Source of the DNA: a virus
Taxonomy: Duplodnaviria > Caudoviricetes
Virus record (IMG/VR): IMGVR_UViG_3300042997_001195
Span: 1 to 24,622 of that record
Reading direction: 5' to 3' (one strand)
Length of the DNA: 24,622 nucleotides
The translations under genes were made by a program, and so were the position numbers. A model generated the notes under the pieces. It had not been told where the DNA came from. It made no database searches and was given only the letters and a program-made list of their open reading frames with translations. Of the stretch, positions 16,988 through 24,622 are shown piece by piece (position 1 is the first letter of the stretch; every line of letters begins with the position of its first letter).

Positions 16988-17686
16988 TTACTGAAAATAC
17001 GCAAGCATAGATTTTGGCATGTTCTGGCGTGTAAATACTCCAGACGAATTCATCGATTGCTGCTCGTCGCGATCGATGATTACCATGTCTGAACGGTCTT
17101 GCACAAATGTCTTCCAGATGTACTTTAGCTTTGGAGTAGTAAAAAACGTCATCAACGCGTATCTATTGCCAAAAGTAACTTCTTTAACTCCGTGTACATA
17201 ATGCTGTGTTCCAGGAAAAAATATGAGTTCTCCCGGGCTTGGCTTTATTTCTAGATCTAAATCTGGAAAATAGATCTCACCGCCTTCATAGTCGTCATTG
17301 AGGTAAGTCAGCGCCGCGTATTCTATAAAGATCGATGAAAAATTGTTTAGCGGTGTCATTACAGTATTTCCAGTTTCTGGATCGTCAAAAAAGATTGACT
17401 CACAGTCGGAATGCGGATCTTGCTTTTCTCCAGGATACCAATTGCGCAGTGCCGTGCCACAGGTATCTACAACGTCTAGCCCGAAGACATCAGTGACTTC
17501 TTTAGCTACTTTCTTAGTATACGCTTTTGTCCAATCAGCAATTTCTGTATTGTAGTCAGCTTGTACTATTGCTCTTGATGTGCTCTGCTGCAATACGTTG
17601 TCTTTTGCACTGTACTCAAGCACGGCCTTGACATCAGCAGCATTTAAGAAATTTGGAACTCTATGGACGTTACCTATCTGCGGCAT
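16988..17686 (-). CDS. 2OG-Fe(II) oxygenase, prolyl-4-hydroxylase-like
   Basis: HSD...TYLNDDYEGGEIYF...VHGV...GNRY. Confidence 0.9.
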   Translation of the reverse strand: MPQIGNVHRVPNFLNAADVKAVLEYSAKDNVLQQSTSRAIVQADYNTEIADWTKAYTKKVAKEVTDVFGLDVVDTCGTALRNWYPGEKQDPHSDCESIFFDDPETGNTVMTPLNNFSSIFIEYAALTYLNDDYEGGEIYFPDLDLEIKPSPGELIFFPGTQHYVHGVKEVTFGNRYALMTFFTTPKLKYIWKTFVQDRSDMVIIDRDEQQSMNSSGVFTRQNMPKSMLAYFQ

Positions 17687-18459
17687 TACTCATGAACATA
17701 ATCGTAGTCGTAGTTGCCTCGCGCGCCGCGAGGCATATGTGTGTCGACATTCCACTCTGCTGGAAATTTTTCTTTTTGTTCATCTGTCAGCGCGGAGTAC
17801 ATATTGTATGCGTTGCTATGTAGTTCAATCAGCTTTGGTCTTGCTAAGTGAGTGATGATATTCCAACGTGGACTGCCACTTTCTATAGCATGCACCCCAT
17901 GCATGTACTCATGCGAGCCGGGGAACCACACAAGCTGGCCCGGCACATGTTCGATTGTGATTCCGTACTGTTCAAAGTACAACTGGCCGCCTACAAAATC
18001 GTTATTGACGTAAATGTTTGCTGACATGTCAATTAAATTAGGCTCATAGACATGCAGCGGTGAGTATTCTGGCAAGAACGCTGTCCCAGTTGGGCCTATT
18101 CCTTCTGAATCAGTGTGTCCGGGGCAAAAACCGCCTACAGCAGTTTCCATTCTACAAAAGTCAAAGATAGGAACGAGCTGGTGCCCCGCTTCGTAGCTAA
18201 TCATTTGTTTCAACTTGATCATGTATTTTTTGAGTAGAGGGTGAAAGTTAGGGTTACCCCACTCGCGGCGAACAGTCGCGCATTGTTCTTTATATGTGCC
18301 AAGCGCGGCGTTGATATAGTCTTCCGTTGGCACACTCTTTTCGTTCCACCATTTGTCGTCTGACTTGTTTCTGCAGAGATCGTCAAGCACTGCAAGATCT
18401 TGTGGTTCTATGAAGTCATTAAATACTCTAATGTGGCTTGGGCTTGCTGGAGTGTTCAT
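17686..18459 (-). CDS. 2OG-Fe(II) oxygenase, prolyl-4-hydroxylase-like
   Basis: HTD...IYVNNDFVGGQLYF...MHGV...PRW. ATG 18459 (MNTPASP) lies just after the upstream stop. Confidence 0.88.
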   Translation of the reverse strand: MNTPASPSHIRVFNDFIEPQDLAVLDDLCRNKSDDKWWNEKSVPTEDYINAALGTYKEQCATVRREWGNPNFHPLLKKYMIKLKQMISYEAGHQLVPIFDFCRMETAVGGFCPGHTDSEGIGPTGTAFLPEYSPLHVYEPNLIDMSANIYVNNDFVGGQLYFEQYGITIEHVPGQLVWFPGSHEYMHGVHAIESGSPRWNIITHLARPKLIELHSNAYNMYSALTDEQKEKFPAEWNVDTHMPRGARGNYDYDYVHE

Positions 18460-18469
18460 GTATTTCTTT

Positions 18470-19108
18470 CTAATTAAACGATGCAACTGTGTAAAACGAA
18501 GGAGTTGTGTATCTGTACCCACTCGTGACCATAGTTACTCCATGCAAATAATTTATATCACCCGGATGTAAGACAGCCAGACCTGGTTGCGGTCTAATTA
18601 CAACATCATGGTCTGGATAGAAAAGATCTCCGCCCTCAAAGTCATCATTGTAGTAAAACAATGAGTTGAGGTCATAGCTTGGAAACGCATTTGGCTGGCC
18701 GTCATTGAGCTGTTTGTCTGCGTGCGGGCGCTGTTCAGTTCCAGGACGCCATTTCATAATCACTGGCGGACGCTTACTAACCTTACAATTAAACTGGTCT
18801 TCGATTACGCGCTGCATCTTGTCAATATATTTGTCAATAATGTGCCACACCTGCGGATTGATTCTTTCAAGAATATCAGTACTGCATTGGCGATCATTCC
18901 AATAGTCGGCGTTATACAGGCAAGTACCGTCTTCGGCAAAGACAGATTCTTTTTCGTTGTTCCACTCCGAAATAGTTGGGCAAAACTCTTGAATTATTTT
19001 AAGATCATCTAAGTCAATGAAATTATCAATAGTGACAATGTTGTCACGCGAGTTACCAAAATACCCAGGCGCGACATCCCATGGAGTATTACTAGAGTTG
19101 CTTAGCAT
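18470..19108 (-). CDS. 2OG-Fe(II) oxygenase, prolyl-4-hydroxylase-like
   Basis: HAD...YYNDDFEGGDLFY...LHGV...GYRY. Confidence 0.9.
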   Translation of the reverse strand: MLSNSSNTPWDVAPGYFGNSRDNIVTIDNFIDLDDLKIIQEFCPTISEWNNEKESVFAEDGTCLYNADYWNDRQCSTDILERINPQVWHIIDKYIDKMQRVIEDQFNCKVSKRPPVIMKWRPGTEQRPHADKQLNDGQPNAFPSYDLNSLFYYNDDFEGGDLFYPDHDVVIRPQPGLAVLHPGDINYLHGVTMVTSGYRYTTPSFYTVASFN

Positions 19109-19865
19109 TTTTGTTTTCTTTCATCTTTATGTACTGGTAGATTTCTTCGTCCACTTGAGTCTTTTCTTTTATCTTCTTAAGCTGACTATCTGTAAGGTCG
19201 AATTGAATAGGTTGAGAAGTGTTTACTTTAGCCGCATTTGAGCTAAGTTTGACGCCGAACTGCTTTAGCATGAAGACGTTTACTTTGCTAATGACTTGAT
19301 CTCGGCAGGCGAGTGTTCCAACAATATGGTTGTCAACAAAGTCTTTGACTTCGTCTACGTCTAGTTCTTTGTCTTCGAAAACACTGCGCGTAGCGTCAGC
19401 GTACGGATCGTACACTTCTACGAATCTAGACACCATAAATCTTGATTGCGTATTCGACGCACCATTAAACAGTGGCTCGTGAACATCCAAATTATAAAAG
19501 TAATTATTGATGTGCTTGTCGACAAGCTCCCGCGTTGGGACGACGCCATCGCGTAAACACCGATAAGTAATGGTGCTTAAGTATTGGGAAACAGGCTCCC
19601 GCACTAACGCAAACACAACAGGATTGTCGAAATCTTGCACCGGATTAGCAGCGAAATGCCCGCTAAAAAAATTATAATTTTCTAGTTCTGAAACTGGAGG
19701 AAGAATAAACTCGTACTCTCCTGGAACATACACTTGAAGTTTGGCAAAGCCACGTTGATCACTTGCGCGTTGAGCACAAACGGCTTCTACTTTTTCAAGC
19801 TCTCTAAGAATTTCAGTCCCAGATGTCCTCGGTATATGTAGGTGATATATCGGTCTGATTTTCAT
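19092..19865 (-). CDS. PAPS-dependent sulfotransferase-fold protein (Sulfotransfer_2-like)
   Basis: 5'-PSB loop HLHIPRTSGT, SGHF, 3'-PB motif LVREPVSQYLS, N.Q.RF and terminal D..IY. Confidence 0.75.
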   Translation of the reverse strand: MKIRPIYHLHIPRTSGTEILRELEKVEAVCAQRASDQRGFAKLQVYVPGEYEFILPPVSELENYNFFSGHFAANPVQDFDNPVVFALVREPVSQYLSTITYRCLRDGVVPTRELVDKHINNYFYNLDVHEPLFNGASNTQSRFMVSRFVEVYDPYADATRSVFEDKELDVDEVKDFVDNHIVGTLACRDQVISKVNVFMLKQFGVKLSSNAAKVNTSQPIQFDLTDSQLKKIKEKTQVDEEIYQYIKMKENKNAKQL

Positions 19866-20445
19866 AGCGCTCTTCTGTCATTCTAACCAGCATTTTATGT
19901 TTCACGGGGATCCAGAAGTGAGGAGACGTAAACCGCACTCCGGACGTAATTGGTAGCACTTCATGTATATAGTACGTGCTCGATGGAAAGAATATAAAAG
20001 TACCAGCGGCTGGTTTATACGTAATGTCATAGGCTGGAAATCTAATTTCTCCGCCTTCATAATCGTCATTGAGATACATTATTGATCCGTAATCGTCCAT
20101 ATAGGTTTCAGTTGGGACGCCGTCAAACGTTTCTCCATCAGCATGCGGCTCTTGCAAGTCGCCTACGTCCCAACGCCGTATTCCAGGTACTGCTGGATCG
20201 ACTTTTCTACCAAACTTATACTCTATAAGCATTTGAGCTTTTTCTAAATACTCAACCATAATGGCGTACAGGTGCGGATTAGCTATTTCCATTACAGTTG
20301 CTGGACTAATTTTGTCTGTGCCTGCAATAGACTTTGGCGACCAGTCTTTTATAGTCTTGCAATACTCGTGAGCTAGCTTTAAGTGCTCTACCGATACAAA
20401 ATTCTCTAAGACTACGATATTGCTTGGATCAGCAGTTTCGTACAT
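19813..20445 (-). CDS. 2OG-Fe(II) oxygenase, prolyl-4-hydroxylase-like
   Basis: HAD...MYLNDDYEGGEIRF...IHEV...GVRF. Confidence 0.9.
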   Translation of the reverse strand: MYETADPSNIVVLENFVSVEHLKLAHEYCKTIKDWSPKSIAGTDKISPATVMEIANPHLYAIMVEYLEKAQMLIEYKFGRKVDPAVPGIRRWDVGDLQEPHADGETFDGVPTETYMDDYGSIMYLNDDYEGGEIRFPAYDITYKPAAGTFIFFPSSTYYIHEVLPITSGVRFTSPHFWIPVKHKMLVRMTEERYENQTDISPTYTEDIWD

Positions 20446-20450
20446 TAAAC

Positions 20451-21743
20451 TTACTTAAATCCGGGCGGGAAGAATGGAGGAAAGTACGGTGGGAAGTACG
20501 GAGGAAAGTATGGGGGGAAATAAGGAGGAAAGTACGGTGGGAAGTACGGAGGAAAGTATGGGGGGAAATAAGGAGGAAAGTACGGAGGAGCAACAGGAGT
20601 GGCATTACCTGTCTGGAAAGTTAAGCTACTGCCATAGGCGTTTACAGCAACACCTTGGGCAAAGTACTCAGTGCCATTTGTCAAACCAGTGACAGTGACC
20701 GGTGAGGCAGCGTTGCCACTGCTAGTACTAATAAGAGCGCTGTCACTGGTTCTATATATGCGAATAGTATATGTCTGTGCTCCGGTTCCACCGCTAGGAT
20801 ACACTAGCGCAAAAGTAACTGTTACTTGAGCGTTACCTGCAGCGATACTGAAATCATTCCACGATGCGCTGGGCGCTCCCGGCCTGTAACCGTTTGCTAC
20901 TGCCGCAGACGGAGTAGATGCTGGCGACGTACCGTAGGCGTTTGTCGCTGTAGCCGTAAATGTTCGCGCGGTGCCCCGAGGATTCAACGCCCAGAACGAA
21001 TAGTTTGGAGTGGCGCTGCCTGTACTGATAGTTTCACCAGTAGAAGCGGTAAAAGTGAAGTTTGTGTTTGCCCCCGTTCCAAGAGTCAAACTTCCTACAC
21101 CGACACTGTATGTGCCACCCACGCTATCGTTTGAAGCAGTAAGACTCGTTAGGTTTGATGGCCTGTTACCGGCGGTCACAGAGTTAGATGCGGCTGATGT
21201 AGCGCTGCCGTATATTGTAGACGCGGTAACTGTAAACGTGTATGCAGTGCCTGCTGTAAGACCAGAGACGCGAACAGGACTTGATCCGGTTGCTGTAATC
21301 CCGCCAGGTGAAGACGTAACTGTGTATGTTACAGAGCCAGAGGTTCCTGTAGATCCTGCAGTGTATGGGACGTCGATATTTCTATCAACGTTTTGCACGA
21401 TGACTGCCGTGCCGATTGTTGGCGCAGACGGACCTACGCCCATAACAAGCGATGCGCTTGGGGACGATGATGAAGACTCGACACCGTTGACTGACACGGC
21501 TTTGATAGTAAAAGTAACTGTTGAGCCTGCCGTAAGACCAGTAACTTCAATAGGGCTTGAAGATCCAGTTCCAGTTTGACCAGAGCTTGCAGTTATTGTG
21601 TAAGAGATCGTGCCTTTACCGGTATATGTTGACGGAGTAAAAGCTACTGAAGCGACAGTGCTCGATACCCAAGTTGGCGTACCAATTACAGGTGCAGTCG
21701 GCTGTTTGCCGCCACTCTCTTGATCACCTGACATCATGCTCAT
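20451..21743 (-). CDS. Probable virion surface protein: four fibronectin type III modules plus C-terminal (PPYF)n tail
   Basis: Four P-x-A/N-P/L...T..F...A.(N/S)..G modules (e.g. GLTAGTAYTFTVTA, GLTNGTEYFAQGVAVNAYG). Ser/Thr/Gly/Ala rich. ATGA-coupled to the fibre gene. Confidence 0.8.
   Translation of the reverse strand: MSMMSGDQESGGKQPTAPVIGTPTWVSSTVASVAFTPSTYTGKGTISYTITASSGQTGTGSSSPIEVTGLTAGSTVTFTIKAVSVNGVESSSSSPSASLVMGVGPSAPTIGTAVIVQNVDRNIDVPYTAGSTGTSGSVTYTVTSSPGGITATGSSPVRVSGLTAGTAYTFTVTASTIYGSATSAASNSVTAGNRPSNLTSLTASNDSVGGTYSVGVGSLTLGTGANTNFTFTASTGETISTGSATPNYSFWALNPRGTARTFTATATNAYGTSPASTPSAAVANGYRPGAPSASWNDFSIAAGNAQVTVTFALVYPSGGTGAQTYTIRIYRTSDSALISTSSGNAASPVTVTGLTNGTEYFAQGVAVNAYGSSLTFQTGNATPVAPPYFPPYFPPYFPPYFPPYFPPYFPPYFPPYFPPYFPPFFPPGFK
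20454..20588 (-). repeat. Coding tandem repeat: 9x PPYF + PPFF + PPGFK (12-bp units; exact 48-bp duplication 20481-20528 = 20529-20576)
   Basis: Counted codon by codon from the sequence. Confidence 0.95.
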
Positions 21744-24622
21744 ACTGAAAGGTCTCCTACTGCTACCCAGGTATCTGTTGCTCGTTTAATCAATGTTGCA
21801 GATGCCCACTGAGTTCTAAGCTTAAGACCTGGCGTACCATTTATCGTAACACCCGCGCCTGGAGTAAGTGTGCACTGGCCAGTGTTTGTTTGAAGAACTC
21901 TAATTTGCGTTCCAACTGGAAATGCCACTGACGAGTCTGGCGGAACTGTTAGAGTGTTCCCAGAACCAACACTCATTTCAACTAGCTTATTCTTATCCGC
22001 CAAGACCAGCGTGTAGCTTGCCGTCTGCGCATTAGTTGAAATATCAGCCAGTTTGCCAAGGTCAATTGCAGCAGTTGTTGAAATGTCGGCGTCAACAATT
22101 GTGGCGTCGGCAATCATTGTGCTGGTAATAGTCCCAGTCGGCGCACTAAATGTTCCAGTGAACGAAGCGTTATTGATCGGTGCGGCATCTGTGATGCCGT
22201 ATCCAGAAAGCGTAGTTGGATTTGTTCCAGCAGTTACTCTGCCGTAGGTATCAACTGTTACTGACTGGTAGGTGCCGATTGCCGCAATACCAGAAGCAAG
22301 GTCAATGTTGTCCGCGTTGACAACAATTCTTCCAGTCGATGCAGTACCGACACTGAACGTGTTGTCTGTTAAGACAAGACCATCGCCGCCCAGGTATGTA
22401 CCAGCGCCAGAGAATTGAAAAACATCAATGTCATCTGTTCCAACAACAAACGTTGGTGGGTCTGCAACTACTTGTATCCACCCGGTTCCAGCAAGCGTTC
22501 CGTCTTGGACAAAAATATATGCGCCAGGAATTTCACTAGCTTCGTCGCAATAGCCGCATCGTGTCAGTACATACGGAGTAGACACGGAGCCCATGTCTGA
22601 TACGAAGTATCGACCGTTTTCTTCTTTGTTTGTCTGGTTCTTTACTAAGATGCCTTTGAATTGCGCCCAGCCGCTTGCTCCGCCAAAATCGGATGGAAAT
22701 ACGCCGTTCGAATTAGCAGTTAAAGTCGCGCCGACACCAAGTGTGCCATTGCTGTACGTTGCGTCAATATTTGTAGTTGTTGCTGCAAGAACAGATGGCT
22801 TTGCAACGACTCCAGCGGCCGTATTATCTACATACTGCTTTGTTGCAGCGTGCAGTGCCGATGACGGATCAGCAGCAAGTGTGACTGTTCCAGTAAATGT
22901 TGGGTTTGCAATTGGTGCCTTCGTATCAATCTGTGTTTGAATCGCAGACGTAACTCCATCTACGTAGTTAAGTTCTGTCGTCGATAGCGTTGCACCATCA
23001 AGAATGTTGAGCTCAGTCGCTGTTGCCGTAAGAGCTACGTTTTCATTGATGTTTGGCGATGTAAGAGTTTTATTTGTGAGAGTCTGGGCATCGCTTGTAC
23101 CGACAATAGCTCCAGACACGCCGTGAGTTGTTGTTAATGCCGCGTGAGTCGATACGTAACCTGAAGCTGTAGATTCTGCATTAGTTTGCGCAGTCGCTGC
23201 TGCGCCATACGCATCATATGTGTTGGCGGTTACTGAAATTGCGCCCGTTGAGTCTGTGTATGTAAGACCAGTTCCCACTGCGTTGCCAACAGCGTCTTGA
23301 GCGCGCTCATCTGTGAAGTACTGATTAGTTCCTTCTTCAATTGCAGTCGTTGTGATTGCGTCTACAGCAGAAGTAATGTCTGACGTAAGAGCGACTGTGC
23401 CTGTTGCGTCGGGCAGTGTAATTGTGCGGTCCGCCGTAGGATCAACAACTGTAACGGTGGTCTCAAAATCGTTGGCAGTCGTGCCTTCAAAGATGACACC
23501 AGAACCGTCGACATTTGGCGATGTAAGAGTTTTATTTGTGAGAGTCTGGGCATCGCTTGTACCGACAATAGCTCCAGACACGCCGTGAGTTGTTGTTAAT
23601 GCCGCGTGAGTCGATACGTAACCTGAAGCTGTAGATTCTGCATTAGTTTGCGCAGTCGCTGCTGCGCCATACGCATCATATGTGTTGGCGGTTACTGCCA
23701 CAGTTGGGCTTGCGCCTTCACCACTGTTGCCGCTTAATGTGATGCCAGTGCCTGCGGTAAGACTTTCTACATAGCTACCAGACGTATCAGTACCAAGAGT
23801 AATTGCAGTATCTGCGGTTACAGCGCCAGTTACTCGGCCATACGAGTCAGTTGTGAATGATTGAATGAATGACTTGCCAGCAGAACCGCTTGTGTTTGTG
23901 CGGGTGACAGTTGCAAGGTCAATGTCGTCTGAGTTTACAACAATACGCGCCGCGTTCGCTGTTTGCACATTTACAACGTTTCCAGTTGTGGCAAGACCTG
24001 CTCCTGCGGTAAACGTAGCTGTACCAGTGAATTGCCCAAAAGTAATGTCATCAGTGCCAATGACATACGTTCCATTTGTCCCGGTCCCGGTTGACAGTGT
24101 AATAAATCCTTGGTTAGAACTAGACGAGCCAGCAGTGACGTACACTGCATTTCCGCTTGCGCCAAGATTTTCGAACGATGGGCTTGCATCAAAGTCTGTT
24201 GCTCTTGTAAGAACATACGGAGCGCTTACGCTGCCTTGAGCTGTTACTACATACACGCCGTTTTGTTTTGCATCGGCTTGATCTTTGACAAGAACTCTGT
24301 CATTTGTTGTTGCGTTAGCGCCGTCAATAATCAATCGTGCATCTGATGTTGCAGTAAGTGTCGCTCCAACTCCCGATGTCCCGTTATCATATGTGGGCGT
24401 CCCTGGAAGAGCTGCGGCTGTTCCGAGTTTCACAGCATCGTGCCAGACAACTCCTGCAGCATAATAGTCTACATATGCTTTAGTTGCTGCGTGATTGACG
24501 TCTGTTGGAGCAGAACTAATCGTGACGTTAGCAAATGTTGGTGAAGCAGACGTTGCAACGCTTTGCCCAATCGCAACTGTAGGAGATGATCCTTCGCCTG
24601 GAGTGTGAGTTACAGTTACGCC
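21740..24622 (-). CDS. Long tail-fibre-like structural protein, 5'-truncated by the window edge
   Basis: The frame is open to the window end (...HAATKAYVD...). Repeated HAATKxYVD, LVKxQ...NGxYxV, TLTNKTLTSP, TxDxYGRVT modules. T/G/A/S rich, ending ATLIKRATDTWVAVGDL. Confidence 0.8.
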   Translation of the reverse strand, partial: GVTVTHTPGEGSSPTVAIGQSVATSASPTFANVTISSAPTDVNHAATKAYVDYYAAGVVWHDAVKLGTAAALPGTPTYDNGTSGVGATLTATSDARLIIDGANATTNDRVLVKDQADAKQNGVYVVTAQGSVSAPYVLTRATDFDASPSFENLGASGNAVYVTAGSSSSNQGFITLSTGTGTNGTYVIGTDDITFGQFTGTATFTAGAGLATTGNVVNVQTANAARIVVNSDDIDLATVTRTNTSGSAGKSFIQSFTTDSYGRVTGAVTADTAITLGTDTSGSYVESLTAGTGITLSGNSGEGASPTVAVTANTYDAYGAAATAQTNAESTASGYVSTHAALTTTHGVSGAIVGTSDAQTLTNKTLTSPNVDGSGVIFEGTTANDFETTVTVVDPTADRTITLPDATGTVALTSDITSAVDAITTTAIEEGTNQYFTDERAQDAVGNAVGTGLTYTDSTGAISVTANTYDAYGAAATAQTNAESTASGYVSTHAALTTTHGVSGAIVGTSDAQTLTNKTLTSPNINENVALTATATELNILDGATLSTTELNYVDGVTSAIQTQIDTKAPIANPTFTGTVTLAADPSSALHAATKQYVDNTAAGVVAKPSVLAATTTNIDATYSNGTLGVGATLTANSNGVFPSDFGGASGWAQFKGILVKNQTNKEENGRYFVSDMGSVSTPYVLTRCGYCDEASEIPGAYIFVQDGTLAGTGWIQVVADPPTFVVGTDDIDVFQFSGAGTYLGGDGLVLTDNTFSVGTASTGRIVVNADNIDLASGIAAIGTYQSVTVDTYGRVTAGTNPTTLSGYGITDAAPINNASFTGTFSAPTGTITSTMIADATIVDADISTTAAIDLGKLADISTNAQTASYTLVLADKNKLVEMSVGSGNTLTVPPDSSVAFPVGTQIRVLQTNTGQCTLTPGAGVTINGTPGLKLRTQWASATLIKRATDTWVAVGDLSV
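23052..23235. repeat. 184-bp exact direct repeat, copy 1
   Basis: Identical to 23514-23697; offset 462 bp, in frame. Confidence 0.92.
23514..23697. repeat. 184-bp exact direct repeat, copy 2
   Basis: Identical to 23052-23235. Confidence 0.92.

Noticed and set aside
14545-20075. Recurring ~23-nt sequence like CCGCCTTCATAGTCGTCATTGAG (near 14545, 15211, 15872, 17280, 20051)
   Set aside because: It is the reverse complement of the conserved LNDDYEGG codons in the oxygenase paralogs. Differences are at synonymous positions, so it is not a CRISPR or regulatory repeat.
8468-20445. Oxygenases as TET/JBP or AlkB DNA-modifying enzymes partnering the C5-MTase
   Set aside because: The motifs (YLNDDYEGGE, FP, H.V..v..G.RY) are P4H-type and the genes are linked to structural genes on the opposite arm. 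Not formally excluded without an HMM search.
20460-20590. G-rich purine tract as a G-quadruplex or CRISPR-like array
   Set aside because: Fully explained by Pro/Phe/Tyr codons on the minus strand. There are no unique spacers and no cas genes.
20424-20692. Plus-strand repeat ORFs (RRKVRWEV..., EESTVGST...)
   Set aside because: Antisense shadows of the PPYF repeat, which is the in-frame end of the FN3 gene.
23052-23697. Repeat pair as a diversity-generating retroelement TR/VR
   Set aside because: The copies are identical with no adenine-specific mismatches, both are inside one CDS, and no reverse transcriptase is in the window.
21010-24346. Long plus-strand ORFs opposite the structural genes (e.g. 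21010-21579, 22593-22940, 23865-24239)
   Set aside because: Typical stop-poor antisense frames of Thr/Gly/Ala-rich genes, with no motifs.

Overview
Gene-dense segment that looks like part of a large tailed dsDNA phage. A WhiB gene and leaderless-type promoters point to an actinobacterial host; GC looks mid-40s % by eye (not computed). Left arm (+, 1-7.7 kb): a candidate DNA/sugar modification cluster (GT4 glycosyltransferase, APH-like kinase, HAD phosphatase, nucleotidyltransferase, second GT-B-like protein, all-alpha dUTPase, DUF6378, divergent C5-cytosine methyltransferase), then a pyrimidine-dimer-glycosylase-like gene and a WhiB/zinc-ribbon regulator. Right arm (mostly -, 7.6-24.6 kb): a tail-fibre-like gene and a 4xFN3 protein ending in (PPYF)9-PPFF-PPGFK. 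These are followed by eleven prolyl-4-hydroxylase-like 2OG-Fe(II) oxygenases, a sulfotransferase, DUF6065, small paralogous acidic proteins, a degenerate methyltransferase, an inverted AspH-like hydroxylase and a divergent glutathione peroxidase. Main hypothesis (inference): a phage-encoded post-translational tailoring system acting on a Pro/Tyr/Phe-repeat virion protein. All family calls come from motif recognition by eye; no database searches were run.
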